From positions 1 to 38,604 of the forward strand of contig DAOUAT010000364.1 in assembly GCA_034433275.1 (NCBI GenBank): 38,604 bases of DNA. The letters run 5' to 3'. The notes beneath the pieces were generated by a model. It was given only the letters and a program-made list of their open reading frames with translations, did no database searches and was not told the origin of the DNA. This document shows, piece after piece, positions 17,844-24,910 of this stretch. The DNA is from Anaerolineae bacterium (GTDB lineage Bacteria > Chloroflexota > Anaerolineae > CG2-30-64-16). Within the stretch, counting starts at the first letter, position 1. The number at the start of each line of letters is the position of its first letter. The position numbers and the translations under genes were made by a program.

Positions 17844-17924
17844 CGACGGACGACAGATGAAGGATGAAGGACGAAGGACGGACGAAACCGTTGGTCATTC
17901 GTCATTCGTCATTCGTCCCGTCCT
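17843..17924. repeat. Imperfect palindromic simple-repeat element: GAYGAAG/GACGRAC-type heptamers on the left arm and three TCATTCG heptamers on the right arm
   Basis: acgacggacgacagatgaaggatgaaggacgaaggacggacgaa-accgttgg-tcattcgtcattcgtcattcgtcccgtcc. Left gacgaa pairs with right ttcgtc, and ggacggacgaa pairs with ttcgtcccgtcc with one bulge. It sits exactly between the hydA stop (17841..17843) and the conserved protease core. Confidence 0.7.
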
Positions 17925-18816
17925 GGTTCTAGGCCTCGGCAACCCATTGCAAGGTGACGATGGCGTCGGTTGCCAGGCCATCGAGGTGTTGCGCCAACTC
18001 GCGCTGCCGGATATGGTCGAAGTCGTAGATGGCGGGACGCCAGGCATCGGCCTCATTCACCTGTTGGAAGGTCGCAGCCGCGCTATCCTGGTGGATGCGG
18101 CCGAGATGGGGCGGGCGCCGGGTGCGGTGGTCCGCTTTCGCCCGGATGAAGTGACCTTGACGGGCGCGACCGAGCGTTTTTCGCTGCACCGCAGCGCGGT
18201 CAGCGATGCCTTGGCGCTGGCCGCCGCGCTGAACCTGCCGCTGCCGGAAATCGTGTTCTTCGGCGTGCAGCCGGCCAGGGTAGAGTGGGACACCGCGTTG
18301 AGCCCAGCCGTGGCAGATGCGCTGCCAGGGCTGGTGCAGGTCATTCTGAGTGAAATCGCAGACTCAGCACGGGAGGTAAATATGCTCCAGACCACAGACT
18401 CGGCTCAGACCTTGGGCCTGATTTTGATCGTTGATGATGACCCGGACATGGCAGAAGCATTGCGGATGCCATTGGAAGCGCACGGCTATACCGTGGCCCA
18501 TGCCGGCAGCGGTCGCGTTGGTTTGAATATGGTGAAAGAACTGACGCCCGACCTGATCATCCTGGATGTGATGATGGAGTCCGCTACCGAGGGGTTCCAG
18601 GTCTCGCTGGCGCTGCGCAGTCCCGATTCGGACTCCGCGTATGCCGCCTACAGCCATATCCCCATCCTGATGTTGACATCCATCCATTCGACCACGCCGC
18701 TGCGGTTTGGTCCGGATCAGGACTATCTACCGGTGGATGCGTTCATTGATAAGCCGATTGACCCTGATGAGCTGCTGGCGAAGGTGAATGAACTGATACA
18801 CAAACCTGTTGCCTGA
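17857..18816 (+). CDS. Hydrogenase maturation endopeptidase (HycI/HoxW-like) reading without a stop into a C-terminal REC domain (type B)
   Basis: Protease signature VLVLGLGNPLQGDDGVGCQAIEVL...VVDGGT.G..L...AILVDA. From aa ~183 a full REC follows: LILIVDDDPDMAEAL...PDLIILDVMM...ILMLTSI...VDAFIDKP. The ORF is open from 17836. The first ATG is 17857, inside the repeat element. I found no canonical start next to the conserved core. Confidence 0.75.
   Translation: MKDEGRRTDETVGHSSFVIRPVLVLGLGNPLQGDDGVGCQAIEVLRQLALPDMVEVVDGGTPGIGLIHLLEGRSRAILVDAAEMGRAPGAVVRFRPDEVTLTGATERFSLHRSAVSDALALAAALNLPLPEIVFFGVQPARVEWDTALSPAVADALPGLVQVILSEIADSAREVNMLQTTDSAQTLGLILIVDDDPDMAEALRMPLEAHGYTVAHAGSGRVGLNMVKELTPDLIILDVMMESATEGFQVSLALRSPDSDSAYAAYSHIPILMLTSIHSTTPLRFGPDQDYLPVDAFIDKPIDPDELLAKVNELIHKPVA
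18371..18384 (+). promoter_or_regulatory. Internal SD (GGGAGG) plus ATG 18382, a possible independent start for the REC domain (18382..18816)
   Basis: GGGAGG at 18371..18376, 5 nt spacer, ATG at 18382, in frame with the protease ORF. The TAA at 18377..18379 is out of frame. Confidence 0.5.
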
Positions 18817-18855
18817 TGACTCAGTGCTCCCACTGCATCAAGATGCTCAAGTACA

Positions 18856-18921
18856 GCATCCTGAGTGGAGGGCGGTAGCCCGGGGTCGTCCTTCGACTTC
18901 GTTGCCCTCCGCTCAGGAGCT
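18856..18921. repeat. Hairpin-type short dispersed repeat (copy 1)
   Basis: cctgagtggagggc (18860..18873) is the near-perfect inverted complement of gccctccgctcagg (18904..18917). The left arm gcatcctgagtggagggcggtagcccggggtcg recurs at 19281..19313 with a few mismatches. tccttcgacttc occurs at 18889..18900 and again at 18949..18960. Confidence 0.6.
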
Positions 18922-19152
18922 CCGGAGCGATCTTCAAGCCAAATCGCATCCTTCGACTTCAGCCGGCGCACTGATGTCGGCTTCCGCCAGGATGCCGGGC
19001 CTTGTCTAAATGGTCAAGGCAGCGACCGCAACCCAGATTTCTTGTTGTATGTTTTCCCGCGATATGACGCGTATCATTGCATCATGCTGAAGCTATCCTA
19101 GACTTTGTAAAGATGGCGTTTGCCCATTTCTGCCAGAAGCAGCGCAGCTGCA

Positions 19153-19273
19153 CATGCCGTGCGCGGCGCCACGGCCCCTGAAAAAGCCAAATCAGGTAAA
19201 TCAGGCCGATCTGCGTCCGCTCTTTCCGGGTTAGTTTTTCATGCCGCGCGCGGCGCCACGGCCTATGAAAACG
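19153..19273. repeat. Two copies of a 34-bp direct repeat (19153..19186 and 19240..19273, 30/34 identical)
   Basis: catgccgTgcgcggcgccacggccCCtgaaaaAg versus catgccgCgcgcggcgccacggccTAtgaaaaCg. A small tandem aaatcagg x2 lies between them. Confidence 0.7.
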
Positions 19274-19280
19274 TAGCGGA

Positions 19281-19433
19281 GCATCTTGAGCGGAGGGCCG
19301 CAGCCCGTAGTCGAAGGATACGGAGCGGTCTTTTGGGCAGGGCCGCATCCCTTCGGCTTCGCTCAGGGCAGGCTCTTCGACTGGACGCTGTTCGTTAAGC
19401 ACGTTGACTTGCAGACCCGCTCAGGATGCTTGC
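19281..19433. repeat. Hairpin-type short dispersed repeat (copy 2, longer)
   Basis: gcatcttgagcggagggccgcagcccgtagtcg (19281..19313) matches the left arm of copy 1. Its inverted partner ccgctcaggatgc lies at ~19419..19431. The interior contains an inverted copy of the tccttcgac motif (gtcgaaggata) and ggctcttcgac. Confidence 0.55.
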
Positions 19434-19542
19434 TTATTTTCAGGGCAGCACTGTAATAGTGCCAGAGCTGACCGACCGCGGCCAACCAGGCCCCAGAGCG
19501 TATTGAGCCCGGGCCATTCTAAGTTACGCAAAAGGATCGCGC

Positions 19543-20016
19543 ATGACCGAACACACGAATACGCTTGATCTGGCGCCACTCGACCGGATCCTGGGGCAAT
19601 ATGGCAACCAGAAGGACGCTGTGATCCCGATCCTGCAGAACGTCCAGGAAGCTTACGGCTACCTGCCCAGGGAAATTCTGACCCAGATATCCAAACGCAC
19701 CGGCATCCCTGAGGCCCGGCTGATGGGGGTGGCGACCTTCTACGCCCAGTTCCGGCTGAAGCCGCGCGGCAAGCACCTGATTCGCATCTGTGATGGGACC
19801 GCCTGCCACGTGCGTGGGGCGCCTGGCATTGTCAGCGCTATCGCAGCCCAATACGACGTGCTCCCCGGAGCTTCGTCATCCGACTACAAATACACACTCG
19901 AAGTCGTGTATTGCGTGGGAGCGTGTGGGCTGGCCCCGGTCATCATAGTTGACGATCAAGTGCATGGCAATCTCTCCCCAGATGCTGCTATCGAAGCGTT
20001 GTGTCATATCGAGTGA
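19543..20016 (+). CDS. NuoE/HoxE/HydC-like thioredoxin-fold [2Fe-2S] subunit
   Basis: 157 aa. AVIPILQNVQEAYGYLP...ATFYAQF..KP.GKH.I.ICDGTACHVRGA...VYCVGACGLAPVIIVDD is the NuoE 24-kDa-subunit signature with its 4 Cys. Confidence 0.85.
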   Translation: MTEHTNTLDLAPLDRILGQYGNQKDAVIPILQNVQEAYGYLPREILTQISKRTGIPEARLMGVATFYAQFRLKPRGKHLIRICDGTACHVRGAPGIVSAIAAQYDVLPGASSSDYKYTLEVVYCVGACGLAPVIIVDDQVHGNLSPDAAIEALCHIE

Positions 20017-20039
20017 GGCCGTTCCACTAGGAGGAATTG

Positions 20040-21956
20040 ATGCCCCGACTGAACTCTGTCCGTGACTTGATGAGCCTGCGCGACAAGGCGATCTCCGATT
20101 TAGGCACACGTGCTGAAGGGGCGAGTCAGCCTGCGTATCGGAACGATATTGTGGTCTGTGGCGGAACAGGATGTCACTCTGCGAATTCCCAGCGGGTCCT
20201 GGAGGCTTTGCGCACACAGATCACTGAACGCGGGCTTGAGAAGGATATTCGTATCATTTCAACCGGATGCCGTGGGCTGTGCGCCATGGGGCCGGTGATG
20301 CAGATTTTCCCGCTAGGCATTTTTTACAACCGAGTTCAAGTCACCGATGTGCCGGAGATTGCCGAGAAGACGCTGATCAACGGCAGTATCATCGAGAGGC
20401 TTTGTTTCCGCGATCCAGTGCGGAAGGTCAGCCTGCCACGCTACCTGGATATCCCATTCTACAGCCGCCAGATCCGCATCGTTCTGCGCAACTGTGGCCT
20501 GATAGACCCTCAGAACATCGAAGAATATATCGCCAATGATGGCTATCGGGGGTTGGCCAAAGCATTGACCGAGTTGACACCCGATTCGGTCATTGAAATC
20601 GTAAAGGATTCGGGATTGCGTGGGCGCGGTGGCGCCGGCTTTCCCGTCGGCGTCAAGTGGGAGCTGTCTCGGCGGTCCGCAAATCAGCCCAAATATGTGA
20701 TTTGCAACGCCGATGAGGGTGATCCGGGCGCGTTCATGGACCGATCCATCCTGGAAGCTGACCCGCATAGCGTCATTGAGGGCATGATCATCGCTGCCTA
20801 TGCAATCGGTGCACAGGGGGGATACGTCTATGTGCGAGCCGAGTATCCGCTGGCAGTCATTCATCTCAAGAAAGCTATCGCTCAGGCGCACGATCACGGC
20901 CTGCTCGGCGAGAATATCCTGGGCAGCGGCTTTTCCTTCGATCTGCACTTGAAGGAAGGCGCCGGCGCGTTCGTCTGCGGCGAGGAAATGGCGCTCATCG
21001 CCTCGATCGAGGGACGCCGCGGTGAGCCGCGGCCCAAGCCGCCTTTTCCGGCCGTCGCCGGCCTGTGGCGACGGCCCACCGTTGTCAATAACGTCAAAAG
21101 TTACGCTATGACGCCCCCAATCCTGTTGAAGGGGCCAGAATGGTTCCGCACCATTGGCACACCCCGGTCGCCGGGCACGGCCGTCTTCGCCCTCACCGGA
21201 CAGATCAAAAACACCGGCCTGATCGAAGTGCCCATGGGCATCACCCTGCGCGAGATCATCTACGATGTCGGTGGTGGCATCCTCAAAAAGAAACGCCTCA
21301 AAGCGGTGCAGACCGGTGGCCCGTTGGGCGGCTGCCTGCCCGATTCAGCGCTCGATACACCCGTAGACTTCGACTCTCTGACCGCGGCCGGCGCGACGAT
21401 GGGCTCCGGCGGTATGATCGTGGTAGATCAGGACACGTGCATGGTGGAGTTTGCCAAGTACTTCCTGACCTTTGCGTCGGCTGAATCGTGCGGCAAGTGC
21501 GTGCCCTGTCGCATCGGCGGCCAACGGCTGCTGGAAGTGCTGATGCGCATCACGGAGGGCGCAGGGAAGCCAGGCGATCTGGATGAGATCGAACGCATCT
21601 CGCGCAACATGCGTGAGGCGTCGCTGTGCGCGCTGGGTCAGCTCACCCCCGGCCCGGTGATGTCGGCGCTCCGCTTCTTCCGCGCGGAATACGAGGCCCA
21701 TGTCCACGACAAGTTCTGTGCTGCCGGCGTGTGCAAGGGTCTCTACGATCTGACTGTGGTGGCGGACAAGTGCGCCGGCTGTGGTCTGTGCAAGAAAGCC
21801 TGTCCGCAAGACGCCATCTCCGGCAATCGCAAGGAACCCCATGCGATTGATCTGCTCAAATGTATCCAGTGCGGCGCGTGCGTGGAAGCGTGCAACCTGG
21901 ACGCCATCGTCGCACAGCCCCGCTCCAAGGGCGTGCATGCGATTACGTTGTCGTAA
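20040..21956 (+). CDS. NuoF/HydB-like NAD(H)- and FMN-binding subunit with an N-terminal Trx-like 2Fe-2S domain and a C-terminal 2x[4Fe-4S] ferredoxin domain
   Basis: AGGAGG at 20028, then ATG 20040. N-terminal VVCGGTGCHS...STGCRGLCAMGP. FMN/NADH site GLRGRGGAGFPVGVKWE...YVICNADEGDPGAFMDR. N3 cluster ESCGKCVPCRIG...CALG. C-terminal CAGCGLCKKACP...CIQCGACVEACN. Confidence 0.9.
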   Translation: MPRLNSVRDLMSLRDKAISDLGTRAEGASQPAYRNDIVVCGGTGCHSANSQRVLEALRTQITERGLEKDIRIISTGCRGLCAMGPVMQIFPLGIFYNRVQVTDVPEIAEKTLINGSIIERLCFRDPVRKVSLPRYLDIPFYSRQIRIVLRNCGLIDPQNIEEYIANDGYRGLAKALTELTPDSVIEIVKDSGLRGRGGAGFPVGVKWELSRRSANQPKYVICNADEGDPGAFMDRSILEADPHSVIEGMIIAAYAIGAQGGYVYVRAEYPLAVIHLKKAIAQAHDHGLLGENILGSGFSFDLHLKEGAGAFVCGEEMALIASIEGRRGEPRPKPPFPAVAGLWRRPTVVNNVKSYAMTPPILLKGPEWFRTIGTPRSPGTAVFALTGQIKNTGLIEVPMGITLREIIYDVGGGILKKKRLKAVQTGGPLGGCLPDSALDTPVDFDSLTAAGATMGSGGMIVVDQDTCMVEFAKYFLTFASAESCGKCVPCRIGGQRLLEVLMRITEGAGKPGDLDEIERISRNMREASLCALGQLTPGPVMSALRFFRAEYEAHVHDKFCAAGVCKGLYDLTVVADKCAGCGLCKKACPQDAISGNRKEPHAIDLLKCIQCGACVEACNLDAIVAQPRSKGVHAITLS

Positions 21957-21975
21957 CCTGGGCAAGAGGTAGCCA

Positions 21976-24825
21976 ATGCCAACAGTCAACATCACGATAG
22001 ACGGCCGCAAAATCCAGGCCGAGGCCATGCAGACCATCTACCAGGTGGCGTCAGCTAATGGGGTCTACATTCCCGTCTTGTGCCACCACCCGGCGCTGCC
22101 GCCCGAGGGCGCGTGCCGGGTCTGCCTGGTGGAAATCGAGCGCCAGCGCGCGCTCCAGCCAGCCTGCACCTTCCCCGTCACCGAGGGGCTGGTGATCCAC
22201 ACCAACTCCCCCAAGGTGCGGGAGGCGCGTAAGTTCGCCCTGGAGTTGATCATCTCCGACCACCCGCTGGACTGCATGACCTGCGAGGCGACGGGCGATT
22301 GCCGGTTGCAAGACCTGGCTTACGAGTACGATGTCAAAGGCGATGAATATACCGGCGGAGTGAAGCATAGTTATCCGGTGGATGACCCGAATCCGTTCAT
22401 CCAGGTGGATCGTAACAAGTGTATCCTGTGCCGCCGCTGTGTGCGGGCGTGCAACCATATCAACGGTGTCGAGGCAATCAGCGTGGTCTATCGCGGGTTC
22501 AACGCCAAGATCGCCTTCGGTATGGACTCCACCATGGAAGACAGCCCGTGTGAGTTCTGCGGGAGTTGCGTCGAGGTGTGCCCGGTGGCCGCGTTGTGGC
22601 CCAAGATGAGCCTCGGCAAGGGCCGGCCCTACCAAACTCGCCAGGTGGAGACGGTCTGCTCGTACTGTGGCGTGGGCTGCAAGCTGATCCTGCACCTGCG
22701 CGGCAATGAGATCGTCCGAGTGAGCGGCGGCAATGGTCCGGCCAACCACGGCTTCACCTGCGTCAAGGGCCGCTTTGGTTACGACTACGTCAACCATGCT
22801 GACCGGCTAAAAAAGCCGTTGGTGCGGCGTTATCTGCTGGAGGGCAAGCCCAAGCCGCGACCGCACGCGCCCGAAAGCGGCAACGGACACCATGAAGCAG
22901 CCGGGGCCGATCTGGATTGGGTTGAGACCTCCTGGGAGGAAGCCTTGGGGGTGGTCGCCCGGCAATGGATCGCGATCAAGCGGACCTTCGGCGGCGACGC
23001 GTTTACGGCCCTGTGCTCGGCCCGGTGCTCCAACGAGGAGAACTTTCTGACGGCCAAGCTGACCCGGCAACTGATGGAGACGCACAACATAGACCACTGT
23101 GCGCGGTTGTGACACAGCCCCACCGTCTCCGGTCTGGGGACTTCATTTGGCTCCGGGGCCATGACCAACACGTTCGATGACATCGCAGAACACGCGAAGT
23201 GCCTGTTCATCATCGGCTCCAACACCACCGAGCAGCATCCGGTGTTCGGCATGCGGCTGCGCCAGGCAGTCAGGCAGCGCGAGGTGCCGCTGATCGTGGC
23301 CGACCCGCGGCGCATCCCGATCACGCAATTTGCGACGATCCATCTGCGCCACAAGCCCGGCACTGATACGGCGCTGCTCAATGGCCTGATGCACGTGCTG
23401 ATTGCTGAAGACCTCTACGACCACGACTTTGTCGCCAATCGCACCGAAGGATTTGAAGATCTGAAGGCCAAGCTGGCGGAGTATCCGCCGGAGCGGGTGG
23501 CTGAAATCTGCGGCGTGCCCGCCAACGACATCCGCCGGGCGGCGCGCCTGATGGCCGCCAACAAACCCACCGCGATGATGTACGCGATGGGCATCACCCA
23601 GCACACCAACGGCCACGGCAACGTGATGAGCTGCGCCAATCTGCAAATGCTGCTGGGCAACATGGGCGTGCCGGGCGGCGGCGTCAACCCGCTGCGGGGC
23701 CAGTCCAACGTCCAGGGCGCGTGCGATATGGGCGGCCTGCCCAACGTCTACTCCGGCTATCAAAACGTGGCGTTGGAAGCCACGCACAAGAAGTTTGAGG
23801 CGGCCTGGGGCGCCGTGCCGCTGCAGGACAAGCCCGGCTTGACTGTGGTCGAGATGATGAACGCAGCCATTGATGGCAAAGTCAGGACGATGTACGTTTT
23901 GGGCGAGAACCCGATGCTATCGGATCCAGATCTCAACCATGTGCGCCACGCGCTGGAATCGTTGGACCTGCTGGTCGTGCAAGACTTGTTCATGACCGAG
24001 ACCGCGCAGATAGCCGATGTGGTGCTGCCGGGCGCCTCGTTTGCTGAGAAGGATGGCACCTTTACCAACAGCGAGCGTCGGGTGCAACTCGTCCGGCGGG
24101 CGCTGGACCCCTTGGGCGATACGCGGCCCGACTGGCAGATCATCTCGGAGTTGGGCCAGCAGCTGCTGGGGGCCGGCGTCCTGGCAGAACGCACGGCGGC
24201 CGTAGAGGCCGCCCCTTACGGTGCGTGGGACTACCTGAACCCGGCCGAGATCATGGACGAGGTCGCGGCGCTCACGCCGAGTTACGGCGGCGTCCGCCAT
24301 CAGCGCCTGATGAGCGGCAAGGGGCTGCAATGGCCGTGCCCCGATGACAAGCATCCCGGCACGCCGATCTTGCACGTGGGCAAGTTCACGCGCGGCCTGG
24401 GCAAGTTTGCCCCGGTGGACTTCTTAGGGCCGGCCGAGCTACCGGATGACGAATATCCACTGCTGCTGACCACCGGCCGCGTGCTGTGGCACTATCACAC
24501 CGGCTCTCTCACCCGGCGCGCCCAAGGCCTGGCGGCCATCTATCCCGAGGGCTTCATCGAGATGCACCCCGAGGACGCGGCGCGGCTGGGCGTTGCCAGT
24601 GGCGAGCTGGTAGAAGTCTCCAGCCGCCGTGGCCAGGTGAACGTGAAGGCTGATGTCACAGAAAAGATCCAGCCCGGGGTGGTGTTCATGACCTTCCACT
24701 TTGCCGAGAGCGCGGCCAACCTGCTCACCAATTCTGCCTTCGACCCGGTGGCCAAGATCCCCGAACTCAAGGCGTGTGCGGTGAAGGTGGTCAAATTGCC
24801 CGAAACCGTCTGTGAGGCGTGTTAA
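21976..24825 (+). CDS. fdhA: Formate dehydrogenase catalytic (alpha) subunit with a NuoG-like FeS N-terminus and a Mo/W-bisPGD domain; selenoprotein with in-frame UGA at 23110..23112
   Basis: The two listed ORFs (21976..23112 and 23161..24825) are in the same frame. The junction reads ...[35 protein letters not shown]..., the conserved FdhA/FdhF active-site context in which Sec or Cys is followed by H. N-terminus: 2Fe-2S (CHHP...CRVCLVE) plus 4Fe-4S motifs. The C-terminus is typical of the molybdopterin dinucleotide-binding domain. Confidence 0.85.
23116..23142 (+). promoter_or_regulatory. Candidate bacterial SECIS stem-loop just 3' of the fdhA UGA
   Basis: agccccaccg-tctc-cggtctggggact. Apical stem accg/cggt, lower stem cccc/gggg with a ct bulge. 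It contains GGUCU as in the E. coli fdhF SECIS and starts 4 nt after the UGA. Confidence 0.5.
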
Positions 24826-24910
24826 CCGGAATAACGGCAGTAACCGGTCTATCGGGATGACGCGCCAACCGGCATTCCGAGGGGTTTTCTGACGAGGTGA
24901 TCATTTTCTT

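Noticed and set aside
18889-18960. Possible CRISPR-like array, because tccttcgacttc recurs with exactly 60-bp spacing
   Set aside because: There are only two direct copies of a 12-mer, no longer conserved repeat unit and no cas genes. The surrounding sequence forms foldback elements instead.
18723-19402. Small ORFs in the spacer (18723..18971-, 18809..19009+, 18865..19101+, 19082..19402-, 19120..19398+) as real small proteins
   Set aside because: They are translations of the inverted and direct repeats (RGATAPEKAK / RGATAYENV, LRSGQALRLD), overlap each other on both strands, and have no SD.
23161-24825. ATG 23161 as an independent start of a separate molybdopterin subunit
   Set aside because: No SD precedes it. 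The 16 codons between the UGA and this ATG ([16 protein letters not shown]) are part of the conserved FDH active-site region. The upstream fragment would lack a catalytic domain.
24826-24910. Intrinsic terminator after fdhA (cggaat...attccg followed by aggggtttt)
   Set aside because: The stem is only 6 bp with a ~40-nt loop, and the T-run is short. This is not convincing.
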